Of a stretch of DNA of 22,261 nucleotides, positions 13,889-21,985 are shown one piece after another. The notes beneath the pieces were generated by a model. It did not search any database and was not told the origin of the DNA. It saw only the letters and a program-made list of their open reading frames with translations. Both the position numbers and the translations under genes were made by a program. Within the stretch, counting starts at the first letter, position 1, and each line of letters starts with the position of its first letter. The stretch covers positions 1 to 22,261 of the forward strand of contig CADDZR010000019.1 in the NCBI GenBank assembly GCA_902812495.1, written 5' to 3'. This DNA comes from an archaeon (GTDB lineage Archaea; Thermoproteota; Nitrososphaeria; Nitrososphaerales; Gagatemarchaeaceae).

Positions 13889-15157
13889 ATGTCCTATGGT
13901 ATGATGAGTACAGCCGCAAGATCAGTCGTAAGCGCGATAGCAATTGCATTGCTGATAGTTGCTGGAATAACACTTTACGTACACAACGCAGGTTCAAATC
14001 TCACCTCCCAAGCCTCATCTTCAACAACAAGCAGTCCGACCTCCTCATTTTCAAGCACTTACACGACATCCTCTGGAACAATCTCTGTTTCGTCCTCTAG
14101 TCAGACCTCTGGCTTTCCTTCTGTGTTGTCCTTGGCAACACTTTCTGTAAGGCTGACCGACCCGCCAGTAGTTCCACAGGGGACTAGGTCCCTTAACCTA
14201 ACATACGCCTCTCTGAAAATACTTCTTAAAATCGAGAACGGAAGTTCTGCAATGATCAAGAACCTTATTGTCAACTCTTCTGGCACTGTAAACCTGCTCT
14301 CGATACAGAATGTTTCAGAGACTGTAGCAGTTGCAAAAATACCTAACGGTTCATTGATTTACACCATTGACTTCTTGATAAAAAGTGTATCAATAAACAT
14401 AAACGGCACAGTATATCCCGTTCAACCTGCGCTCAGCGGAAACACTCTAACTGTTGTATTCTATCCTCCTGCCACAGTAAAAGGAGATAGCGTTGCTCTA
14501 ATCGAGATAAGCCCGGTTGTTGTAAAGACAAATACAGGTTACCAGATGATACCTTCAGCAGTTGCAATTGTGAGACATGAAAATATAGAACACGAGGAGG
14601 TAGGGTCTAGGCACAAGCTAAACCAGACAGAGGAAAATGAGCTCAACCAGTCAAAGCCACAGCTTGTGGCAAACCTTGAAAGTATCTCTGTTTCTGGGAA
14701 TACAACAAGCTTCACAGTGCTCGTGAACAACACAGGGAGTGTACCTGCGATTATCTCAGCAGTATCGCTTCACGGAAACTTTGATACACTCTGTGCACAC
14801 AAAGCAGAGGGTCACAGCAACGAGACCGAGAAAGAGTGCGAGCACCCAGACACGGTTTACTTTAGGGTCTTGAACGTAACCTCTTCCTCAGGATGCGGAA
14901 CAGCATCTTTGAAGATCGTTGGGGAAGATGAAAATGGCTCGAACGGTACAAAACTTGAACCAGGTCAGTGCATAAGGCTGGTCTTCTCGGGGGTCATATC
15001 AATGGGGGAGTCAGGCAACGTCATTCTTCCGTCCCTTGCTCCTGGCTCGGAGCTCGAGGTTCATGTAATAGCTTCTAACGGAGGGGAGCTGGTAGTGACA
15101 TGCACACTACCTTTGAGCTCGCAGAGCTGTGTTGCAGGGAATGGGGAGAGTGACTAG
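13889..15157 (+). CDS. Membrane-anchored surface protein with DUF4382-like domain (paralog of 7477..8928)
   Basis: An N-terminal anchor is followed by a Ser/Thr-rich stalk. Then comes LSVRLTDPP...SSGTVNLLSIQNV...IPNGSLIYTIDFLIKSV...IEISPVV, collinear with the other paralog. It has many N-x-S/T sequons and a Cys-containing C-terminal domain. A TATA-like ttaaaattaatag is centred about 27 nt upstream. Confidence 0.65.
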   Translation: MSYGMMSTAARSVVSAIAIALLIVAGITLYVHNAGSNLTSQASSSTTSSPTSSFSSTYTTSSGTISVSSSSQTSGFPSVLSLATLSVRLTDPPVVPQGTRSLNLTYASLKILLKIENGSSAMIKNLIVNSSGTVNLLSIQNVSETVAVAKIPNGSLIYTIDFLIKSVSININGTVYPVQPALSGNTLTVVFYPPATVKGDSVALIEISPVVVKTNTGYQMIPSAVAIVRHENIEHEEVGSRHKLNQTEENELNQSKPQLVANLESISVSGNTTSFTVLVNNTGSVPAIISAVSLHGNFDTLCAHKAEGHSNETEKECEHPDTVYFRVLNVTSSSGCGTASLKIVGEDENGSNGTKLEPGQCIRLVFSGVISMGESGNVILPSLAPGSELEVHVIASNGGELVVTCTLPLSSQSCVAGNGESD

Positions 15158-15164
15158 CACTCCC

Positions 15165-15713
15165 TTATCTCTTCTTTGTTTTTATCTCAGGTGCCTCAAC
15201 TCTTTCGAGAGTTGAGATTATTTCCCTACAGAAGGCTGGCAGGTCATTGGGAAACCTAGAAGTTATAAGGTTACCATCCTTTACCACCTCCTGGTCCTGA
15301 TAAATTCCACCTGCGTTTACAATGTCATCCTTTATTGACTTGAAGCATGTAACTTTCCTTCCCTTTACTATGCCCGCCGAGACAAGCACCCATCCTGCAT
15401 GGCATATTGCAGCAACAACCTTCCCCCGATCATGCATCTCCTTCACAAAGTTCAGGACTGGACTGTATCTGCGTAGATAGTCGGGACAGTATCCGCCAGG
15501 TATGATGACGGCATCGAAATCCTCTGCTCTGATTTTGTCTACAGTCGTATCTACCTTTACCTCCATACCATGCTTTCCTCTGTATATTTCGGAGGAACCT
15601 GTCCCAACAACAGTTACCTCTGCCCCTGCCTCCTTCATCCTGTAGTATGGATACCAAAATTCAACCTCCTCATACAGATTTTCAACCAGAATTGCAACCT
15701 TCTTTGTAGCCAT
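15165..15713 (-). CDS. DJ-1/PfpI family protein (PfpI-type intracellular protease / deglycase)
   Basis: The sequence DAVIIPGGYCPDYLR...VAAICHAGWVLVSAG contains the nucleophile-elbow Cys-His. The length of 182 aa is typical. Confidence 0.85.
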   Translation of the reverse strand: MATKKVAILVENLYEEVEFWYPYYRMKEAGAEVTVVGTGSSEIYRGKHGMEVKVDTTVDKIRAEDFDAVIIPGGYCPDYLRRYSPVLNFVKEMHDRGKVVAAICHAGWVLVSAGIVKGRKVTCFKSIKDDIVNAGGIYQDQEVVKDGNLITSRFPNDLPAFCREIISTLERVEAPEIKTKKR

Positions 15714-15726
15714 GTTCTAAAGCACG

Positions 15727-17037
15727 GTGCAAGCTACTAAAAAATTTAATGAAAATGAAATTTATTTGTTTCGACGAAAGACGTTGCTTACACTCACAAG
15801 TGTTTTAAAATGGAATATCTGGGGTCAAGTTCGACTTGGTTTGGTTGTCGTTGAGCTAAAAAATTACAAGACAGCATCAAAAGCAAGGGTTAAGGCTGAT
15901 AAGAAAGCAAGTACACAAGTCTTCAGCTCTCTCCTTGCAAAAGCAAAAGAGAAACTTACTATGACAGGAAGGCTAAGCGCAAAGGCAAACCTTAACGGTA
16001 TAATTGTTGAGCTAATAACAAACAGCCTCCACCAGTATACATTCTGGACTAACAACTGGTGGCTTGTTAGGGATGAGAGTTTACTTCCACACGCAAGGGT
16101 TTACTCTGTTATAGGTGTTGACGGTATAGAGCCTTCAGCCTACTATCATCCAGAAACAAATACTGCACTCTTTGTTAATACTGAGTATTACGGCCAGTGC
16201 AAGTCTTGGGCGCTTGGAATTGCGGCTGCAATACTAGAGAAGAGGTTTAACACACTTTCAGTTCACGGCGCGACAGCACTGTACAAGAACAAAGGCGTTA
16301 TAATAATAGCACCTACAGGAACAGGAAAGACAACACAGTCCTTCAAGATATTCATGAGCGAACACGGTAAGATATGCGGCGACGACTGGGCGTACATAGA
16401 ATTCCCTGATCCGATACCATCAAAAGCCTTCGAACCCCTAATTGCCAAACAGCCAGAGAAAGCCCTTTACATGAGGTCTGAAACACAGAGGGAGAACCCT
16501 TGGTTGAGACCTATCTTCGATGTCTCCCTTAACGAGAATGTTGTAACAGAGAAATCCGAATGCACTCATACAGAGGGCGTAGATATGTGCAGGTTGACAG
16601 GAAAGAGATGTGTATTTGATGAAGGAGAGTCGTGGTGTTACTATGCTTTTGAGAACTCAAGGACACTTGTTGAGAGAGAAAGGCTTCTTGGCCCTGAAAA
16701 GGTGGTTGACTCGATACCTGTAAACCTTGTGGTGCTACTCAGAAGGGACAGCGTCAGTCCACCTATGCAGAGGCTAACCCCGGATGAGGCAATATCGATA
16801 CTCAGGAAGGGAGAATATATGGTGCTTCCTGGTGCGGGTCCGAAGGAAAAGTGGGGCACAATTTCATATGAGCCGTGGTACAACCCTTACCTACTTGAGC
16901 TTGACAATTCAAGGCAGGAGTTTTTCTTCAGGGCAATGTTCCAGAACTACTCTGTCCCATGTATAATTTTAAACACAGGCGTTGAAAGCATAGAGGAGAC
17001 ACATATGAGGATTGTAGAAGAGCTTGAGAGACAGTGA
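15727..17037 (+). CDS. P-loop protein of the PEP carboxykinase / HPr kinase-like fold, function unknown
   Basis: The sequence SVHGATALYKNKGVIIIAPTGTGKTTQSF...GKICGDDWAYIEF parallels the PEPCK(ATP) kinase-1a GLSGTGKTT plus IGDDEHGW, and the HprK pattern G-x-S-G-x-GKS...DD. The coordinates are the maximal ORF. The first ~40-78 codons overlap the pfpI promoter region, so TTG 15841 or ATG 15961 is the more likely start. Confidence 0.5.
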   Translation: MQATKKFNENEIYLFRRKTLLTLTSVLKWNIWGQVRLGLVVVELKNYKTASKARVKADKKASTQVFSSLLAKAKEKLTMTGRLSAKANLNGIIVELITNSLHQYTFWTNNWWLVRDESLLPHARVYSVIGVDGIEPSAYYHPETNTALFVNTEYYGQCKSWALGIAAAILEKRFNTLSVHGATALYKNKGVIIIAPTGTGKTTQSFKIFMSEHGKICGDDWAYIEFPDPIPSKAFEPLIAKQPEKALYMRSETQRENPWLRPIFDVSLNENVVTEKSECTHTEGVDMCRLTGKRCVFDEGESWCYYAFENSRTLVERERLLGPEKVVDSIPVNLVVLLRRDSVSPPMQRLTPDEAISILRKGEYMVLPGAGPKEKWGTISYEPWYNPYLLELDNSRQEFFFRAMFQNYSVPCIILNTGVESIEETHMRIVEELERQ

Positions 17038-17184
17038 TCGCATCTGATAACACTAATTGAGGTAATACTCTTCTCCGTTGCTGCAGGAACTATCGGTGCA
17101 TTAACTGGGCTCGGAGGTGCAGCCATACTTATACCTCTCCTTGTCCTATTTAACATTCCTATAAAGTACGCAATTGCCGCAAGC

Positions 17185-17871
17185 ATGGTTGCAATTATAG
17201 CAACCTCAAGCGGTTCTGCTTCATCTTACGTCAGGGACGAGCTGAGCAACATAAGGGCTGCCTTTTACTTGGAGATATTTACAGTAGTTGGAGCAATTGT
17301 TGGTGCGACAATAACAAGCATAATTGCGCCAGCATACCTTTACTTTTTCTTTGCCTTCTTCCTTCTCTCATCCTTCGTTGCGTTTGCAAGGGTAAGCCAC
17401 GCAGACACACCAAACGAGACTCAGGATAGCCTTGCAAAATGGCTAAGACTTGAAGGAAGTTATTACGACAGATACCTTGCAAAGGAGATAACATACAAAA
17501 TGACAAGACCTGCACTCGCAGCGCCCGCGATGCTTGTTGCAGGCCTTGCGGCTGGGATGCTCGGCATTGGTGCAGGTGCATTTAAGGTATCAATACACGA
17601 ACTCATAATGAAAATGCCAACAAAGGTCTCCACGGCAACAAGTAACTTCATAATTGGTATGACGGCACTTGCAGGCTCCTCTGTCTATTTTGCCTCAGGC
17701 CTTTTCTTCCTTGACCTAGCTGCGCCACTTGCTGTTGGAACAACTGTGGGTGCATTCATAGGTGCAAGGATACTCAGGAGGCTCTCAAACAAGACATCAA
17801 GGTACATATTCATGGTAATACTTGTTTACATACTTGTAGAGATGATTTACAAGGGAGTTACATCGCTATGA
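17185..17871 (+). CDS. TSUP (TauE/SafE, DUF81) family anion transporter; canonical-start ORF only, conserved coding sequence continues upstream to 17038
   Basis: It has multiple TM helices and an internal repeat with LAAGMLGIGAGAF. The in-frame upstream sequence (17038..17184) encodes IEVILFSVAAGTIGALTGLGGAAILIPLLVLFNIPIKYAIAAS, which is the conserved TSUP first helix and G-x-G-G-G motif. That stretch contains no ATG, GTG or TTG. Confidence 0.75.
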   Translation: MVAIIATSSGSASSYVRDELSNIRAAFYLEIFTVVGAIVGATITSIIAPAYLYFFFAFFLLSSFVAFARVSHADTPNETQDSLAKWLRLEGSYYDRYLAKEITYKMTRPALAAPAMLVAGLAAGMLGIGAGAFKVSIHELIMKMPTKVSTATSNFIIGMTALAGSSVYFASGLFFLDLAAPLAVGTTVGAFIGARILRRLSNKTSRYIFMVILVYILVEMIYKGVTSL

Positions 17872-18236
17872 AAATAGAGCAGAAGAAGCTCGAGATTGTT
17901 ATAAGCACTATACTGAGGATTGGGGTGCTTGCAAGCCTAGTCCTGCTTTCAGCTGGGATAGTGGCTTACTATTTCTCGGAAGGGACGGTAGAGATTAGGC
18001 TTGAGGAAAGCTGGAAGGTCAGCACGCAGAACTTCTTTACTTTCATACCCTACACAGCTTCAAACCATTCCCTAGCTTTCTTGTTAATAGCTTCAGGCAT
18101 AATAGCTCTCATGCTAACACCCTACCTGCGTGTAGTGGCGTCGATAGCTTACTTTGCGCTGACACGAGACTTAAAGTACTTGGCAATAACAACGATAGTG
18201 CTTATAATAATAACAACAAGCTTAGTGAGGCTCTGA
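17868..18236 (+). CDS. DUF1634 family small membrane protein (usual partner of TSUP/DUF81 genes)
   Basis: 122 aa with 3-4 TM helices. The N-terminus is KKLEIVISTILRIGVLASLVLLSAGIV. Its ATGA start/stop overlap with the TSUP gene indicates translational coupling. Confidence 0.6.
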   Translation: MKIEQKKLEIVISTILRIGVLASLVLLSAGIVAYYFSEGTVEIRLEESWKVSTQNFFTFIPYTASNHSLAFLLIASGIIALMLTPYLRVVASIAYFALTRDLKYLAITTIVLIIITTSLVRL

Positions 18237-18240
18237 GAAG

Positions 18241-18948
18241 TTGCAAGTCAAGACTGTTTTCTTTGATCTTGGAGGCACACTTGTAGTTATGAGAAGGGAC
18301 ATTGTCATAAGGAAGATACTGAAGGAAGAGGGATACGACGTCCCAATCAAGAAAATACACGAGGCATACTATCTAACTGAGGCGTCCTGGCTCAAGAAGT
18401 ACGGGATGAAGATAATGAACGAGGAACAGGCTGCAAAGGCATACAGCGAGCTTAACATGTCAATACTTTCTAAACTTGGCCTAGGCATTAAAGAAGAGGA
18501 GCTCAATAGGCTAAAGAAAATTGTCTCAGAGAGGTACGTCGAGGTTGAAAGCAGCATACCGCCAAGGCTCTATCCCGATTCAATTCCAGCGCTTAAGGCC
18601 TTGAGGAAAGAGGGATACAGAATAGGTATTATATCAAATGCACCTCCTTCAACTGCAGAATCAGTTAGAAAGCTTGGTTTGGATAAATTTGCAGACCCGA
18701 TACTAATATCAGGGATCGTTGGCCTAACAAAGCCAAATCCGGAGCTCTTCAGGCTTGCACTAAAGCTCTCGTCTTCAAATCCTGAGGAAGCTGTTCATGT
18801 TGGAGACGTGTATGAGGCTGATGTGGTTGGTGCAAGGAGTGCAGGCATGAAGGCCGTTCTAATAGACAGGGACGAAAGGTTTGAGGACCCCGACTGCCCT
18901 AAGATAAGGAAACTGACAGAACTCCTTTCTCTTATACCTAAGCTCTAA
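18241..18948 (+). CDS. HAD-superfamily hydrolase (subfamily IA-like)
   Basis: Motif I is VFFDLGGTLV, motif II is IISNAP, and motif III/IV is KPNPELF...HVGDVYEADVVGARSAGMKAVLI. The TTG start at 18241 is required to include motif I. GAGG lies about 11 nt upstream. Confidence 0.75.
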   Translation: MQVKTVFFDLGGTLVVMRRDIVIRKILKEEGYDVPIKKIHEAYYLTEASWLKKYGMKIMNEEQAAKAYSELNMSILSKLGLGIKEEELNRLKKIVSERYVEVESSIPPRLYPDSIPALKALRKEGYRIGIISNAPPSTAESVRKLGLDKFADPILISGIVGLTKPNPELFRLALKLSSSNPEEAVHVGDVYEADVVGARSAGMKAVLIDRDERFEDPDCPKIRKLTELLSLIPKL

Positions 18949-19693
18949 TTATTGCTTCAAGCTCTTCGTGGCCGACCCTCCTGAAACCATGTATCTCAAT
19001 TCCTTTGGAGGTTGCGTTGTAAAGTTCTGAGGCGGAAATGGAGGAAAGGAAGCTTAGGAGCCTCCTTGCATATCTCATTTTTTTGACTGTAAGTGTGTTT
19101 TCTTTGCTCCCGGAGTATTTCCCTATCTCTTTCCCAAAATCCATACCTGCGAGTACTATCATTCTTGCCTTCATCTCATCTGCAATGAAGCACGCTCTAT
19201 CTCCGTCTGTGAAACCTCCGTAGTTAAACACGTTCTGCAGTGGCTCAGCCTGGGTCGTCGGATGGACAGCCCTAATCTCTGGAACAAACTTGCTCAGAAG
19301 TTTAACATTGTCCCCATGTGCATGTACAATATAAATAGAATTGGAGCATGGTACAGATCCTACTATACCATCAAGGTCCGTTACAACAAAATCAGGCTCT
19401 ATGCCCTCCCTCACAAGAGCACGACTTGCACCGTCAGCTGCAATGAAAATGCAGTCATCCCTGAACCTCGAGAGTTCACGTACATCCCTCTCAAGAGAAG
19501 GTCCCGCGCCAAAAACAACCACATTCTTTCCTCTGATGGCATGCTGAACTTCCTCCATTCCAACAAATCTGCCTCCAACAATTTCTCCAAGTACTTTGGC
19601 TGCATACCTATCATCCCTTAGTCTAAACCCAAAAGCTCTCCTTATCCTCCTGTACCACGGCCACCACAGAGATAGGTCCAACTCTTCCCACAT
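18938..19693 (-). CDS. mptE: 6-hydroxymethyl-7,8-dihydropterin pyrophosphokinase, archaeal MptE-like (DUF115)
   Basis: Motifs present: VVFGAGPSL, IAADGA, VVTDLDG and VHAHGDN. I prefer the start at ATG 19693 (MWEELDL...) because the longer ORF to 19747 overlaps the folP start. Confidence 0.65.
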   Translation of the reverse strand: MWEELDLSLWWPWYRRIRRAFGFRLRDDRYAAKVLGEIVGGRFVGMEEVQHAIRGKNVVVFGAGPSLERDVRELSRFRDDCIFIAADGASRALVREGIEPDFVVTDLDGIVGSVPCSNSIYIVHAHGDNVKLLSKFVPEIRAVHPTTQAEPLQNVFNYGGFTDGDRACFIADEMKARMIVLAGMDFGKEIGKYSGSKENTLTVKKMRYARRLLSFLSSISASELYNATSKGIEIHGFRRVGHEELEAIIRA

Positions 19694-19737
19694 TACACAA
19701 GTCAAGATTAAATGTTGCCTTCTTTTGGCTGTGAACA

Positions 19738-20607
19738 ATGTTTTCATACCTAGGCAAGGTGAAGGTTGGGGACTCTTACCCTGTTAGGATAATGGGTATC
19801 ATAAATCTGAGTCCGGAATCCTTTTACAAGGGCTCAGTCTTTCTCAAAGGTGAGCAGATTTCCAGTGTAGCTAGGTCAATGGCTGAGAGCGGGGCTGAGA
19901 TAATTGACATAGGAGCATACTCAACAGCCCCATACCTGAAGACAGGAGTAAGCGAGGAAAAGGAAATAGAAAGAATAGAGCTTGCCCTAAGGGAAATAAC
20001 AAAAATAGACAAAGACATCTCTATTTCTGTTGATACATTCAGGGCAAGGGTGGCTGAGAGGGCTCTGAGCCTCGGTTGTCAGATAGTTAACGACGTAACC
20101 GGACTAAAGAAAGAGAAGGAAATAGCTAGCGTTGTAAGAGAACATGATGCATCTCTAGTTGTAATGGCCTACGATCCAAAAGGAAGAATATACAGCAAGC
20201 CAATTAGAAGAATACTCACAGCTCTAAAGGAGAGCCTGAGAATAGCGGAGGAGTTCGGTATAGAGAAAAGGAGGATAGCTGTTGACCCAGGCATTGGTTT
20301 TTTCAGGGAGGAGGGAGCTGGACCTGCTTTCTCAATGCAGAAGGTCATGCCGTGGTACTCTTGGGACATGCACATAATAAATAATCTACGGAAAATAAAG
20401 AAGCTAGGTCTTCCAGTAGCCATATCTATCTCAAGGAAATCGTTCATAGGGAAGGTTCTGGGAATAGAAAAACCTGAGGGAAGACTTATTGGCTCCATAG
20501 CATCTACAGTGGTTGCAGTTGAAAGGGGTGCAAACATTATAAGGACTCATGATGTCTTAGAAACATTCCATGCTGTAAGGATGGCTGAGGCTATAATCCG
20601 TTCATGA
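19738..20607 (+). CDS. folP: Dihydropteroate synthase-like pterin-binding enzyme
   Basis: Motifs present: IMGIINLSPESFYKGS, DIGAYSTAP, ISVDTF, IVNDVTG, DPGIGF and IIRTHDV. These are collinear with the DHPS signature motifs. Confidence 0.8.
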   Translation: MFSYLGKVKVGDSYPVRIMGIINLSPESFYKGSVFLKGEQISSVARSMAESGAEIIDIGAYSTAPYLKTGVSEEKEIERIELALREITKIDKDISISVDTFRARVAERALSLGCQIVNDVTGLKKEKEIASVVREHDASLVVMAYDPKGRIYSKPIRRILTALKESLRIAEEFGIEKRRIAVDPGIGFFREEGAGPAFSMQKVMPWYSWDMHIINNLRKIKKLGLPVAISISRKSFIGKVLGIEKPEGRLIGSIASTVVAVERGANIIRTHDVLETFHAVRMAEAIIRS

Positions 20608-20991
20608 CTCTATCCTCTCTATATACATTAGAGGGTAGCGCAGCTCCCCGAAGTACTTCATCCTTGCACTAACCCTTGCCTTTCCGTACCCTATCTCAAC
20701 AAGTAACTCCATATCCTTTTCGCTTAGTGTTGTGTATCCGTACCTGCTACTCTCAGCCTTAATTCTCTCGCTGTCTATCTTGACCTCAACCTTTCTCCTA
20801 TATGGCTGGAGTAATGCTGCCCTTTCCATCAAGTTTTCTAGCCTTTCTAAATACCCCGTATCTGGTGATACTGGCATGCCAACAAACTGGTGGAACAGCG
20901 ACCCGAGCGCTATCCCTGCCTCAAAGCAGGCCCTTTCCCTCTCAGTCACACCTTCAAAGAAGTAATCTTTCTCAAAACTCTTCTTTCTCAT
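20602..20991 (-). CDS. mptD: Archaeal dihydroneopterin aldolase MptD-like
   Basis: 129 aa. FEAGIALGSLFHQFVGMPVS resembles the MptD family core as I recall it. Its position next to folP and mptE supports the call. Confidence 0.5.
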   Translation of the reverse strand: MRKKSFEKDYFFEGVTERERACFEAGIALGSLFHQFVGMPVSPDTGYLERLENLMERAALLQPYRRKVEVKIDSERIKAESSRYGYTTLSEKDMELLVEIGYGKARVSARMKYFGELRYPLMYIERIES

Positions 20992-21048
20992 ACAAGCAAC
21001 CTTTTCAGAACGTTATAAAATTGTTCAGAATTGAAGGGTGGGGGAGAC

Positions 21049-21954
21049 ATGAGCCAGATAAGATACGTTGCAAGCAGGGTCATCTATCTCGTTATCGTTG
21101 CCGTTGCCTTTGCCTTACTTGCTTATGTGCTAGCAACCTTTGGTTTTATTCCAAAGAGTGTTTCTCCTGTTGTCTTCTACGCAGCTATAACAGTTGTCTT
21201 TGGTGTCTGGCTAACTAATTTTCTTAGCGGCTCTGTTGTTAGATATTTGGGCCCGAAGATAGGAAACAGGGCAAACACAGCAGGCAACTTGATCAAATTC
21301 TTCGGCTACATAATAATTGCAATTACAGCTCTATCATTCTTTGGTCTTAGCCCAGAGGTAGCGTTGGCTGGTGGTACATTTACGGGACTAATAATAGGTC
21401 TTGGAGCCCAGCCACTACTCAGCAATTTCTTTGCAGGGGTTGTTCTTTTGCTCACAGGTGCACTCAAGCCAGGTGATGAGGTGAGGCTTGTCACATCCTC
21501 GATTCCCTACCAGCCAACAACAGGCCTTGGATACAAGTTCTTTTCTCCCGATTTCATTAACGTAGGATATAGGGGCCTTGTTCAGGAAGTAGGGTTGCTT
21601 TACTCGACAATGATAATAGAAACAGGCCTTGAATTAAAGGTTCCCAACCAGCTGATACTTAACTCAGGGATAATAAACTACTCTTCGGAGTCAGGAGGAG
21701 AAGGCAAAAGGCAGGTTAGGTACGAATTTAACATAAGATTCGACCCAGAGATTGTTCTCCAAAAAGCTAAGGAGGTACTTAGAGATGTTGAAGATGTTAT
21801 CTCTGTTTACATAAGTGAGCAGAGCGACAAGGAATATTACATTGTTGTGGTTGAGTTCAGATCAAATACAGATAAGGGCTGGAGGTATGTTAAGTCTGAG
21901 ATACTCAAGAGGATGATAAAGCTACAGAGAGAGCTTGAAGGTATTGCAAGTTAA
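21049..21954 (+). CDS. Small-conductance mechanosensitive channel (MscS family)
   Basis: Three N-terminal TM helices are followed by GLIIGLGAQPLLSNFFAGVVLLLTGALKPGDEVRL, the MscS pore helix and beta-domain signature. I prefer ATG 21049, which is preceded by GGTGGGGGAG, over TTG 21031. Confidence 0.8.
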   Translation: MSQIRYVASRVIYLVIVAVAFALLAYVLATFGFIPKSVSPVVFYAAITVVFGVWLTNFLSGSVVRYLGPKIGNRANTAGNLIKFFGYIIIAITALSFFGLSPEVALAGGTFTGLIIGLGAQPLLSNFFAGVVLLLTGALKPGDEVRLVTSSIPYQPTTGLGYKFFSPDFINVGYRGLVQEVGLLYSTMIIETGLELKVPNQLILNSGIINYSSESGGEGKRQVRYEFNIRFDPEIVLQKAKEVLRDVEDVISVYISEQSDKEYYIVVVEFRSNTDKGWRYVKSEILKRMIKLQRELEGIAS

Positions 21955-21985
21955 GTAGACTTGTTATTTCCTTTTGTTTTTTGAG

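Noticed and set aside
13991-14005. The string GGTTCAAATCTCACC, which resembles a tRNA T-loop and so a possible tRNA fragment or att site
   Set aside because: The flanks cannot form a T stem or an acceptor stem. The string lies inside the well-supported CDS 13889..15157. No matching copy of the tRNA-Gly 3' end was seen elsewhere in the window.
17035-17037. Genome-wide TGA recoding as the explanation for the in-frame TGA between the P-loop gene and TSUP
   Set aside because: TGA terminates several well-delimited genes in this window (7477..8928, 9252..10019, 17185..17871, 17868..18236, folP, mptD) at positions consistent with family lengths. Global reassignment is therefore unlikely, though local read-through remains possible.
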